Positions 39,330 through 51,812 of a DNA stretch of 64,000 nucleotides are shown piece after piece. The notes under the pieces are model-generated. The model saw only the letters and a list, made by a program, of their open reading frames with translations. It was not told the origin of the DNA and ran no database searches. The DNA is taken from positions 114,845,986-114,909,985 of the forward strand of contig NC_058135.1 in the NCBI RefSeq assembly GCF_016433145.1, in the 5' to 3' direction. The stretch is from Gracilinanus agilis (Eukaryota). The translations under genes and the position numbers were made by a program. Each line of letters begins with the position of its first letter. Within the stretch, counting starts at the first letter, position 1.

Positions 39330-42300
39330 GTCTTATTAAATAAAAACTAAGCTGATTTTTGAAGAAATAATGAGAAAAGGTACATTTCTCTTTTCAGAGG
39401 TAAGGAATTATGAGTTTGAAATAATGACATATCATCAGATTAATGTAATGTGATGGTTAGTTTTTCTGAACAGTTTTCATTACTCTCTGTCTCTTTTTTT
39501 TTCATTCCATAATAAAAACGATGGCTTTCAAGGCAAAGGAATAAAGAAGAACATATTTGGAAATGAAAGTTACGTAAAAATGAGATATCGATATAAATTT
39601 TAAATCAATATGAATGGCTTTTTCCAATTGCTATTAATAGATATAAAATGCTTTAAAACAAATTAGAAAATATGGTAAAAGTAAATTTTAGAGGGATGTT
39701 GCAGCAGGCACATTGATTCACTGCTAGTGGAACTGTAAACTGGTCGATCCATTTCCATTTCGGAAAACAATTTGGTATTATATAGAAAGTATAAGTAAAC
39801 TTTTCTTAATGACATTTATCCTAGATATCCTACAGCTGGGCATGTACCCCCACAGAGGCCAAGGAAAGAAACAGGGATGATAGAGCTTATGTAGGCATAT
39901 TAGTGGAAACAATGTGTCCCCAGTGATGGGAGAATGGTTTGAATATGGACCATGAATTCTTGGAACCATGAGAAGGATTGATAGATATGATACAGAGTAA
40001 ACTAATCAGAAAAAAACACTTTAATTATAGTAATAATATTTATATAACTACTTACTAAGTTCCAGGATTCATTTAATCCTCAGAACAACCCTATAATGTA
40101 GGTGCCATATTTATCTCCATGTTAAAGATAAGGAAACTAAAACAAGTAGAGATTAAGTGACTTGTCCAGCATCACATGTTGTTCCACTAAGCTACATCTC
40201 CTAGCTTTGAATTCAACATAAAATAAAGGAATGATGAAACATTATGATCATAATGGCCCATCTTGGCCTTACACAAGAGACACCCATTCTTTGAAGGTTA
40301 TCGAGGACAAAGATCACAGAATGTTTTCTTTGAGTCCATTTAATGTTGTATGTGTTGACTGGTTTTGTTTAACTTTTTTTGTTGTTGTAATGATCAAAGA
40401 CTCATTGGGGAATGGAGGAGGGAGGGACAAATAGAGAAAATATCTAAGATATAAAAATAAAAAGCATTGGTAAAAGTTAAAAGCCAAAAAATTTAAAATT
40501 TAAATTTAAATATTTCATTTTGATGTTGCTCTATGCATGTGTGCTTGAAGAAATACTTTCCCCCTATTGTTCTGGAAAACTTAGATTACTTGAATTTTAA
40601 AGTTTAAAAAGTACTTTTCTTTAGGATGTAGATTGTGCTTTTGTGGAAGGGAAATCTTTAAGTTCAGTGAGCTTATAGAACTCCTTTAAAGCCACATAGT
40701 TTATAAATGTGTTTAACATCATGTGATTCAGGCCAACTAATCCCAAATACAGGGCTTCTTTCATTAGACCAAAATATCTCTCGTTATGTCCAGTTAAGTA
40801 CACTGACTCCTGGATATATAGGGCACAGGTTTGAAAGTAATGAGACTTGTGAACAAACATAATGCTAGCTATATTAGCAGACTGTTATTTTAACCATATA
40901 TATGTACTATTTATGCCAACCAAGGGCTCAAATTAGTTGATTTCATTAGTAGCATATTTATACATATAAGCAAATATGATAAGACAAAATAAATATCTTT
41001 CTAGTTCAAATAATTCATTGTTAATATTGAATTAGGAATAATTTCTCCCAGTTATACTGGTGATAAACATCCATAATGGAATGAAGTATCAATATCCTCA
41101 AACCACTCCTAATATGTATTTCTTCTTCTTTATATTTCGAGAGACACATAATTTCCTTTGTAATTAATCCTGGATTTAGAGACTTGCAAATGGGAAAACA
41201 TAATAACCATAGTAAATAAATACTAAAAAATAAAGAAATTAAACATCTAACCCTAGAGCAACCAAAGAAAATCTTTTAAGGACCAGAAATCTAAAACTGT
41301 TGCAAAGACCTATTCCATTTTCAAGACAATTTGGTGATGTCGCATCCTACTGATGCCAGGATTTTAAAGACCAATCTGCTTATAGCAAAGACTCATAATC
41401 CTAGAGAAATCTGATGTTACCAATGATTAATCTCTAGCCTCTTTGTTAACCCAATAGCACTCTTTCTGTGATTTATTGTGGCAATATATCTTTTTTCTAT
41501 AAAGACCAGTGGGACTCAGCACTTTAGAAAATCAGATATTTCCTGGAAATTCACCATTTTTTATCAATACTAATGAAACAAATGACTTTCAAGTAAGAAT
41601 AACTTATGAGTTCTTAGGACTTTCTATTTGGCGGCAGTTTTGTCTAAAATAGAATTGTCATTGTTAAAACATTTATCAGGGCAGACAAAGAGCACTTGAT
41701 TTGTAATCACAACTCTTATGTTTCTAATATGTCAGACCCTGGGCAAGTCACTTTATTCTGATCACAGCATGTGGAAAATAGTTGGTAACACTATGATGCT
41801 TGAGATAGAAAGGATCTTAGAGGATGTCTAGTATATTCTGTTTATTTTACAAATGTGAAAATTGAGGCCAGAGAAGTTTAAGTAACTTGGCAAGGAAATA
41901 TAGTAGACAAAATAAGTTTGAGATTTGAACCTGGATTCTCTGAACCCAAAGTTAGTCCTCATTCCACTAATTCATTGAGTTAGAGAGGTAGTTAAGTGGT
42001 AAAACAGATGAAATTCTGGGCCTGGAATCAAGAATTTCTGAGTTCAAATAAAACTTCTTATTTACCAGCAAACTATTTTATATATTTTTTCAAAACCCAG
42101 CTTTTGTCTTTACTTATCAATTACATCTTTCCATTTTATTTATATCTCTTCTTTTATTTTCATAAATTTGACTTTATTATTGAGTATTTTTACTTGTTAA
42201 CTTTTATCGCATGTTCAATTCATTGATTTACTTCTCTTTTATCAATAAGAATGATTAGAGATATAATTTTTCACAACTGCTTTATTTAGCTAAATACACA

Positions 42301-42896
42301 ATTTAATTAAATTGTCTCATTCTAATTTTCATTGATGAATTTTTTGTTGTTTCTATAATTTGTAATGTGACCCACCAGTTATTTAGAAATATATTGTTTA
42401 GTATCCAATTGCTTTTATATTGTTTTTAAGAATACTTTATTGAATATAATCTTATTTTATTATAGTCAGTAAATAATTTGTTTAGTAGTTGTGCATTTCT
42501 ATATTGTGGTAATATCTTTATACCTTCAATGTCTGGTAAATTTTTTTTTAAGGTACTATTGTTCACAAGAGGAGTCCATAAATTCTTTTTGATTTCCAGA
42601 GATCCATTAGATGGGGTTTTTTAAAGCTCTATTTGGTTGTAATAAAAGGAAGGGAGGAGAAGGGGAAGAGACAGAGGGTGAGGAGGAAGGCCTGTGTTAA
42701 ACTACTAAGAACATAAGAAAGACAAAAAGCCCAAAGCAGAAAGAAGTATGTAAAACTAGACCCCCAGATGATAAATGAACAATGATTTTCATACCTAAAG
42801 AGGGAAAATAATAATAATCCTATAATGTATTGATTAAATACTATATTATAAAAAAGGATGACTCAAAAATCATCAACAAAGAACCATGTTCTATGA

Positions 42897-43260
42897 CCCT
42901 GATGGCAAACCTATGACACACATGTCAGCACTGACACGTGTAGCCATCTTCGATGACACACGGCCACATACAGACAAGTATGGGGCCACATGCCGAGGCT
43001 GAAACATTTACTGCAGTGTAGTGTAGACACTCTGTGCCAGAGGTCTTTAGACCAAAACAACTGTCCCTAAGCAGGTAAGTTAAATAATTAGATTTTGGTT
43101 TATTAAATACAGTTATATATTACAATTACACATTTTTGTTATTTAAACTATAAATATCATGAAATTATGGGTTTTTTTTCTCGAAGTGACACACCACCTG
43201 AGTTGTGCTCGGTTTTTGGTGAATTTTGACACACCAAGTTCAAAAGGTTGCCTATCACTG
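42897..43260 (+). mobile_element. hAT MITE, family 2 (nhAT1/hAT1-like, 364 bp)
   Basis: TIRs C(CC)TGATGGCAAACC...GGTTGCCTATCACTG. Perfect 8-bp TSD TTCTATGA (42889-96 / 43261-68). Subterminal GACAC repeats. Confidence 0.9.
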
Positions 43261-43329
43261 TTCTATGAGCTACATAGAGAACATGGAACAAAATATAGAA
43301 CAAATTTGTAAAGATCAAAGAGTCTATAC

Positions 43330-43490
43330 CAGTGATGGGCAAACTATGGCCTGAGGCCAGATGCGGCCCCTTAAATGTTCTATCTGCTGTACAGGATACA
43401 ATACAATGAAACTTTGAAAGAGCTGTCTTAGAAAGAGACTGACAGATGAGCATTTCCTTTGGCCCCTCTTTAAAAAGTTTGCCTATCCTA
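43330..43490 (+). mobile_element. hAT MITE, family 1, internally deleted copy
   Basis: Left TIR CAGTGATGGGCAAACT after GTCTATAC. The right TIR is degenerate (AGTTTGCCTATCCTA) and the right TSD is only partly matching (GTCCTTGC). Confidence 0.85.
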
Positions 43491-44750
43491 GTCCTTGCTT
43501 TTAAGGAGCTCGCATTCTAATAGGGAGAGATAATACCTATAGGTTTTAGGTGTAAATCAAATGGAAAGGTCCTATGGTCCTTAGGATGTGTGGACAAAGG
43601 AGAGAAGGCTTCATCTTTAATGTAATCTCCACTTACAAGAAACCTATCTGTTCTAATGTTGAACCATTTAACAACGCCAAGTATTTTGCTGCTGAGAATT
43701 TTCTTTTCCGAATGATCAAGTCGCAGAGGCCACTAGTGAGGTAGAGGCTGCATCACTTGAGGAGGAAATAGCCAGGTCTCACACCCATAAAAGATGCTTC
43801 CCTAGTTGATGATGGGGGGAGGAAGGTGGAAGAAGCACTGTAAGTGATCCAGTGTCTCTCAGGGGAACTGGTTTAACTTTCCTGGCACCATCAGCCTCTT
43901 GTTTCTGCTACAGGGTACCTTATTATTTCATGAAGTAAAGCAAGAGCAGTAGTTCTCCTCAACTCGTCTTCTCAAACTGGGAGTAGATTTTCTCTTCCCT
44001 ATTTCCCCAGGAACATCTTTACCAGTTCAATGGGGCTTCCCAGATCTTCCATCCTTTTGGAGTTTAAGAGGCCATCTCTCAATCCTTATTAATGAGGAAA
44101 ATAATAATTATATCATTCTCCTCTTCCCTCCACATAGAGCACTTCTATGGCAGAAGTCCTTTGCTGGATTTGACCACTGACATCCCTTGTCACACATAAG
44201 CCCAGAGATATATCCAATTCTTTTAGTCACTTATTGTGTGACACTTTTTGTGTGATGTAGTATGTCATCATCCATTGATCAAAGAACTTCACATCTTTCA
44301 AATTGATTGAAGACTTGTTCACATCTAGTTTTTTTATAATAACCTTGATTGATGCAATCCAGCAGCTATCTGGGTCTTCTGTTAACATATTAATGATGGT
44401 GAAAGTTCAAAATCTCCATGTTCTTACATATGCATGAGCTACTTATACAATTACAATATTTACTGGTATATTTGCCTAAATTAGTATTGATTTCCCTCAG
44501 CATGGAGTATTCATAAAAAATGGAAGTAATACACTGATCAAAAATGTCATTGTCCCTACTAGCTACCAGATCCCTAGAGCTGATAGCAGCAACAATTGAA
44601 TCTAGTGAGGATCCAGTAAGGCCACCAGGTACCTTGGTCAACCCCAGAAGTGGACTGACTGCATTACCAATAACACCATGTTTGATAAGTTAATTCAGCT
44701 TAGTAAGAGATTAACTAACTCATCCTTCAGCAATGCCATGCTCAGAAGTG
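43491..44750 (-). mobile_element. Copy B of the chimeric L2-tailed retroposon with a Y-box cold-shock-domain fragment and upstream ORF-like sequence
   Basis: L2 tail remnant 'aaggagctcgcattctaatagggagagataata' (43503-35). Minus-strand 43708-43652 = EKKILSSKILGVVKWFNIR (13/19 identical to YBX3 [19 protein letters not shown]). Confidence 0.75.
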
Positions 44751-44769
44751 AAAATTGTGGGGATGCTAT

Positions 44770-45030
44770 GAAGTGAGATGGGACAGCTAGATATCTTGGT
44801 GCATAGAATATTGGCCTCAGTTGGAATCAAAAAGATCTGAGTTCAAAGCTGGCCTCCAGCACTTATTAACTGTGTGACCCTGGGCAAGTCACTTACTCCT
44901 ATTCAATTCAATTTCCCTATATGTAAAAAGAGCTCAAGAAGTAAATGGCAAAACAATCTACTATTTTTGCCAAGAAAACCTAAATGGGGTCACAAAAAGT
45001 GAGAAAACTGAAACAACTGAACAACAAATA
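44770..45030 (+). mobile_element. Mar1-type CORE-SINE
   Basis: CORE 'tgtgtgaccctgggcaagtcactt' plus tail 'aaatggcaaaacaatctactatttttgccaagaaaacc...ctgaaacaactgaacaacaa'. Confidence 0.85.
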
Positions 45031-45408
45031 TGAAGTAAGAAAAAGTCTCCTAGGTCCAAGAGGTACCTTTTTACCACATATATTCTCTACAAGAGTATCT
45101 CAATAATTTTTGCTTTAGGTTTACATCTACTTTCTTTAAGGTTTGAATGTGAGTAGAGGGGAGTATGTCCCTAGTTTCTGGGAGGGGCAAGTTTTTGTAA
45201 CCTCTATCTTTCTTCTATCTTCTCAGCAAATATCTATTTATAAAAGCTAATTGAAAATCAATTGCTTAATTGATATTAGAATTAATTGATATTGATATGA
45301 ACTGGGTTAAGCCACATAGAAACTTGAGAATGATAATATTGGAAGCAAAAACCATTCTAGACTGTTCCAGTAATCCTGAGGGGAGAAGTAGTTGACTAAC
45401 CTCTAAGA

Positions 45409-45593
45409 CAAGAGTCGGCAACCTTTTCGGCCATGAGAGCCATACAGTGCTCACAGTGTGTGCTCCTGTAACAGGGCGCACTCCTGTAACAGCACCTGAA
45501 AAAAAAATTGACTTTATTGCTCCTGCAGAAAGAGCCATATCTGGCCCTCAAAAGAGCCAGATATGGCTCAAGAGCCATACGTTGCAGACCCTG
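45409..45593 (+). mobile_element. hAT MITE, family 3 (185 bp)
   Basis: TIRs CAAGAGTCGGCAACC...CGTTGCAGACCCTG. Perfect 8-bp TSD CTCTAAGA (45401-08 / 45594-601). Repeated GAGCC subterminal motifs. Confidence 0.88.
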
Positions 45594-46129
45594 CTCTAAG
45601 AGATGGGTCTTGAGAAAGCAGGCTGGAACTTGAGAGGAAGAGGGATGCTCCATTTGATTTTAAGAAATGGAAAACCCTAATCTTGTAAAGTCACAAATCC
45701 AATCAGTCCATAGAGAGGCAAAGTAGTACAAAGGAAGGAAAACAGAATTTGAATTAGAGGGCTTCTTTTCAAATCCTGGACATTCTGCCTATTATGTATG
45801 TGGTCTGGCATCAGCTACAACTTCACTGAGGCTTAGTTTTGTCCTTATAAACTAAGCAGATTAAGCTAGGTGACTTTCTGAAGTCACTTCCTGATCTAAC
45901 ATACTATGATCATATCATTTTATTTAATGTCTTTATGGGAATTATTAAAGAGGAAAGGGAAAGAGATAAGTGAACAATCTCAAAAAGATAAGTGAATATA
46001 TCAAAAGGAAAATGTAATCATAGAAAAAAACTAAACCTAAAAGAATCACTGACATTTTAAAAGAGAAAAAAAAGCCATCTTATATAAGCTGTTGAGTTCA
46101 TAAATATATTTTAAGAATAAAGATGAACA

Positions 46130-46560
46130 GACTAAGGTGAAGACCACACCTTAGGGAATGGTTAAACAAATTTTAGTGTAAGAATGCAATAAAATATTAT
46201 TATGACATAAGAAATTATAAAAGAGCATGTTTTGAGAGAAATCTGAGAAGATGTATGAATTGATGCAGAGTAAAATAAGTAGAATAATGGGAACAATTTT
46301 GCAATAAGAACAGCATTGCAAAAACAATTTTGAAGGACTTTAGGTTTCTGATTAACATGACCAAAGATAATTCCAGATGACAGATGAGAAAACATGCTAC
46401 TCACATCCTGAGACAGTGATGATGGATACAGGATGTAGAATGAAACATATTTCTTGGATATGACTGACTAAGACCTCACCCATATCTCTTGCAAGAGGGG
46501 TGGTGAAAGAGAAGAAAATAAATTTTAATTGAAACAATCAAATTTAATTTAAAAAATAAA
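46130..46560 (+). mobile_element. Old marsupial L1 3' end (similar fragments at ~39420-39600, ~39700-39990 and ~48520-49060)
   Basis: 'gatgtatgaattgatgcagagtaaaataagtagaa' and 'atgagaaaacatgctactcacatcctgagacag' are typical of the L1 3' region. Confidence 0.75.
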
Positions 46561-46627
46561 GATGAAAAGTTTCTCATACTCATTCAAAGCTTTTTTAGAA
46601 GGATAGAATTAGAACCTCAAGTAGAAA

Positions 46628-46830
46628 AAGAGCAGGTAGATGACTCAGTGAATTGAAAACCAGGCTTAGAGACTGGTGGTCTTAGGTTCAAATCTGACCT
46701 CAGATACTTCCAAGCTGTATGACCCTAAATAAGGCACTTAACCCATATTATCTAGTCCTTACTACTCTTCTGCTTTAAAACAAATACACAATATTCAAAG
46801 ATGGAAGGTAAGGGTTGAAAAAAAGAGAAA
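46628..46830 (+). mobile_element. SINE1_Mdo-like SINE (older); another at 61757-61940 +
   Basis: 'gcaggtagatgactcagtgaattgaaaaccaggcttagagac...ccttactactcttctgc' followed by an A-run. Confidence 0.8.
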
Positions 46831-49800
46831 AATATATGTACCCTCCCCCCAAAAAATAGAGTAAAAGAAGGTAAATAAAAGATTCAAAAATCTCTAATAA
46901 CCCCTTTCTCTTATTTTCTCCTTTTTCAGGAAACATAAGCTGCTTCTATTAAATGACAAGTCTTGGAGCAATAAAAATCTGGTAGGCTTTTTGAGGTTAT
47001 TATACTTACCAACTCAGAGTTATTGCCTGGGAAAGGCTTGCTGCCAGAAGGACTCATCACCAGTGTTTACTACCTAACACCCATTTCCATTGGGGGGGGG
47101 AGTGGGTAAAGGAAGTCTACACTCTGTGAGAAGATATTTGTCCCACTGTGGAAAGACTCAATAATTCTTGCTGAACTAGTTGAATATGATCTTTTCAGTC
47201 AATAGGAGTACTATTTAGGCAGTAGGTCTCAAAATTTACCAACAAAGTTGCAAGTTCAATGTCATATATAACAGAATTACTTTCCATGTGTGTTTGTGTA
47301 TTTTAAAACTTGGGTAGATGTTTTCTTTATTAATCTCAAACTGCTAGACCACAATGAATAGAATGAACTAAAAATGATCCGGGATTATATTCTATTTTTA
47401 GTAGATTCCTGGCATAATATTGTATTTCTTTATTGTGAAATAGACCTGAATTATTTTGAAAAACAGCAAGTGAAATAGCTTTCTTCACTATTCACCTCAT
47501 GTTCAATATCCCCTAAATGACTTGACTTCCCATATGTATCCCAGAGGAGTTATATATTGAGTCAAACTTGTTTAACTTGATCTATATTAACTTCCCTACC
47601 CTATGATTAGCTCTCATGATTCTACTTTTCAGTTTTGAGTAGCACAGCTATTTCTGAACCCAGAGTCCTTAAGATAATGTGCTTCCCCAGATCTGAGACC
47701 TGTAGAAAGAGCAAAGAAGACCAAACAGCAGACCCCTCTGATGATCTCATAGATCTGAGGTAAAGGAAGAGGGATGAAAGAGGGAAAAAAAAGAATAGAG
47801 ATAGGTCAAGGTTAGAGGAACAGAATGATCTGAAGAAGGTATTTTCACTGACTTCAAAGAGGTGAAAAGAGATTTAAGCCCATCAAAAGAAACTAGAATT
47901 TGTTTGATCTCACTCTCTATGCACCTCAAGTCATGCATAGATTAATGTAAGGGTGATGTCAAATTAATTGTTGCTCTCCAGACATAGTCTAATGAATCTA
48001 AAAGGATCTAAAAGTCCTCTTCTTCATCTTCCTTCTTTTACTTATCCAAAAGACTTACAATCTAAAAGACACATTACTTTAGAAACACATTTTAAATATC
48101 ATAACAAAATATATATACAAAAGTCCAGCTTTTTCAAGCTAATATGATTCTAATGTTATCAACCAAAATATAAATTTTAAAAAGGAACTGATTAATGGTT
48201 TTCTTTATGAATTGATGCCTATTTGACTTTTTAAATGAAATTTACTGATTTTAAAAACTATTTTTAACTGTCCATTGTTACTTGAATTAGATAGATAGGT
48301 AGATTGATAGACAGATAGATTGATATACAAATACATATATAGGGCATGGTGGGAAAGCCCTGAACTATGTAGATATCCGAAAACCAAAGTTCTATTGGCT
48401 CCAACACTACCAAGCCTTATGACCTTGAATCATTCATTCAAACTTTGGGCTCCTTTTCCAAAAAAAAAAAAATAGAATCATTCCCAAAGTCCCAAAGGTC
48501 AGCTCTGACCTTCTATAACCACATGCCATGCATGTTTCAGAAAGGCCACATATTTACCAATATATTTATGGTATCACTTTTTGTAGTGAGAAAGGACTGC
48601 AAACAGAGTTGATGCCCATTGGTGGGGTATGGCTATGCAAGTTGTAGTACCTGAATATAAGAGAATATTCTATGATTCAGGAATAGATTAACATGAATAC
48701 AGAGAAATTTGAGAAGACTAGTGAAATGAGGTCTAACAAAATAATTTGGACAAGGAAAGCAGCATATGAAATGACTGCAACTATGTTAATTGAAAGAATA
48801 CCAACAAAAACATCAAAATTGAATGCCTCAGAATTATGTCCAAAGTTAACCACAGGGAATATATGAAAAAGTACCTCCTTCCATGTCATTGCAGTGGTGG
48901 AAAACTATGGATGTGGAACACTATGACAACAATTTTTTCTGATATGTTTGTTAGTTCTGCTGAACTTCCTCCTCCCTTTTTTTATTATTTGTCATAAAGA
49001 TTGACTTTCTAGAAAAAACGTGTAGAGACAAATTGTAAAATGTGATATAAAAAATAAAATGTATTTTTCAAATGAATGCTATCATTTTGATATATTTTTC
49101 TTGTTTATTGATATTTCTCAGGAACTGTGACAAGAAGGTAAGAATAGGGAAGAAAGTAATATTGGAGTTGCAAACAGAAGGATTAGGCGAGAGAAGAGAT
49201 GTAAAAAAAAAACCTTTGCTCCCTATTTTAGAATTTTTTTTTATTTTTAAAATGTGATCCTAGTTTAATACCTAATTACTTTTAGGAGAGTGTGTGAAAG
49301 TATAAAAATGCAAGCTGTTTCCAGAAAACATTTTAGGTGATAACCAGACTTCTAGGAGGAAATAACTCATAGCTAGTTAAATCTTTTGCCTAACCAATGC
49401 CCTAAAGGAGTTTCAGTAACTATCAGAAAGAAGAAGGCTATTTGATTACTTTAGTTAATGGAAATAACTCTTCAGATCACTTTTTTCCAGCTAGAGAAGA
49501 GAATCCCCAAAAGAAAGCATGAATGATTTCAGGCCAAGTTATTCTCTCAGATCATACTAAAAGTTAAATGATTATTGCTCTAATTGAAGCAAACTGTTAA
49601 ATGAATTGTTATCTATACTCTTGACACTAGTTCAATCTTGCCTTTAATAAAACAGATTTTTTAAGCATTCAAAGAAAAGTTAGGTAGGGGCAGAAATTAT
49701 AAAAGGTAAAATGTTCAAAGAATTGAAGACTCTAATATTTGACTAGAATAAGAAACAGTCCTAAAACAAAGATCCCTATTTTTATTGTGCTCACTAATAT

Positions 49801-51139
49801 TGTATTTTTTTTACAAATTGAAGGTTTGTATCAATCCTGAATCCAGTTAAGTCAATCAGCACCATTTTTNNNNNNNNNNNNNNNNNNNNNNNNNNNNNNN
49901 NNNNNNNNNNNNNNNNNNNNNNNNNNNNNNNNNNNNNNNNNNNNNNNNNNNNNNNNNNNNNNNNNNNNNNNNNNNNNNNNNNNNNNNNNNNNNNNNNNNN
50001 NNNNNNNNNNNNNNNNNNNNNNNNNNNTGATATCCATATGAGAATAAACCTTGAAAAGAACTGAAGCTTGCAAAAACACAGCAACAAAAAAGTGAATTTT
50101 TTTAATGTTATGCCCAAAAAGAGAAACAAGAAAGAGAAAGAAGAAGCCATAGTTTGGGGATGCTAAAGTGACAAGAGATATTAGAAATATAGCTAATATA
50201 ACTCATTTTCTTACTATTTTGCCTCCATCTTCTGCAATGAGGGGGAAATGATCTTCAAAGTAGAAGAGGCATGTTTAACTGCTCAAAAAAGGAATTGAAG
50301 GCCAAGATAAATATGGTGATAGTAAGAGCAAACCTAACCACATTAAATAAGCTTGAGTTTTCAGCTCAGATGATTTATATCCTAAAGCTTGGAGATCCAG
50401 ATGTTGTTAGGATCCTGCCTGCTTGGCCACCTTTGGTAATATTGTATCAGGTATAAGTTATTAGCTGACATACATTTGGAATGTGGATGGATGTAATAAT
50501 ACCTTGCCTTTCCCCTTTGTTTCTGAGAAAGCAAAAGGTCTCAGAAAGGAGTGGTCCATTATATTTTCAGGCTGAAAAAATTGAAGGGATGGTTTCCTGT
50601 TTTAGGTCAAGCAAAAAAACAACAACAAAATTGAATTGAATTGAAATGCATTTCTACTTGAGCAAAGATACACTATCTCAATAAACTGACTTTCATATCT
50701 GGAAGAGCCTATAAGGTAGAAAATATGGTATTACTTCTATTTCTCAAGATGACATGGATGAGTGGGGTCTAGTCATGGCAAGAATAAGCATGAGGAAGGC
50801 ATATGTAACCTGACTTGAAGCAGCAGGTGAGCCCTGAAGACATAAGTCTTCTGAGCTTTCCTCCTTTTGACAGTATTGCCTTTATCCAGTTGAACTAAGG
50901 GACATTGGGCATTTCTAGGTTTTCCCTCACTATTTCTTCCCAAGCACATAATGAAAAAGTAGAATTTTAACACTACTCTCAGTTTTGCCTCTCTTCTTTT
51001 CTAGAAGATAGATGAATAGAAATTTCATGATTTCTCAACTTCATTATGGACAGCAACAGATAGAAGATGCACTTCTCACAAAAAAGAGGTTCTAGTGAAA
51101 AAATATATGTGATTCACTTCACCTCTAAGAAGCTATAGT

Positions 51140-51540
51140 ATGCACAATCAGGTAAAACTATCTTGGCAGATAGGCTAAACCAGGTTGAAGGTAACTAACT
51201 GATAGGATTCAAAACCATTGGTGAGTTAGGGGGATGTCTATCCCAAAACATGTCAAGACTTTCCCCCTGAAAAATGGGTGGATAAAAATAATTTGTTCTA
51301 ACAACCTCAAAAGCAGATAAAGCAATGATGTAAAACACTTAGAGTTTGGTCAGAAATTGACAACATTAATGTCATCTACTGCATCCCAGGCCATCTCCAG
51401 TCTTTCCACTGGATTTTGAAGATTCTGGAAGAATAAAGCTGAAGGCTTTGGAAAACTTTGCCTCACTTAAGTCCAATTCCCATGCCAGTTAAGACATCAA
51501 AGAGTCAGTGGTCCTCTTTGAAAATGAAGGATGAACAACA
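51140..51540 (-). mobile_element. Marsupial WALLSI/RTE-SINE-like repeat (homologous copy at ~54596-55050 +)
   Basis: Both copies share 'gtccttcatttt(c)aaagagg..ccaatgacatc', 'ggatttaagtgaggcaaag' and 'gagggtaactaa'. The family name is from memory. Confidence 0.6.
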
Positions 51541-51719
51541 AGATTCTAGAAACCACAGACCAAAATGTTTAATATTTTCCTTAAATTTTGCAAATTATTT
51601 TCCCCTTATCCATTAAGAGTTGGGAAGTCTACACTGCCTAATTATGAGACCATTTCAACTAGACCTAGAAGTATCCAGTACTGCATCCTTTCAGAAATGT
51701 GTTTAACAAAAAAAAAATT

Positions 51720-51812
51720 TTAGACCCTTAACTTCGGTGTTTTGTCTCATAGGTGGAAGAGTGGTAAGGGTGGGCAATGGGGGTCAAGTGACTTGCCCAG
51801 GGTCACACAGCT
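51720..51812 (-). mobile_element. 5'-truncated young SINE1_Mdo
   Basis: 3' half nearly identical to the copies at 53424 and 60245. Flanked by a TTTAACAAAA..TTTT duplication. Confidence 0.85.

Noticed and set aside
43604-43708. Functional YBX exon or standard YBX processed pseudogene (a GTAAGT donor-like motif lies within it on the minus strand)
   Set aside because: The conserved GYGF is degraded, no other exons or C-terminal YBX sequence follow, and it is embedded in a repeated L2-tailed unit.
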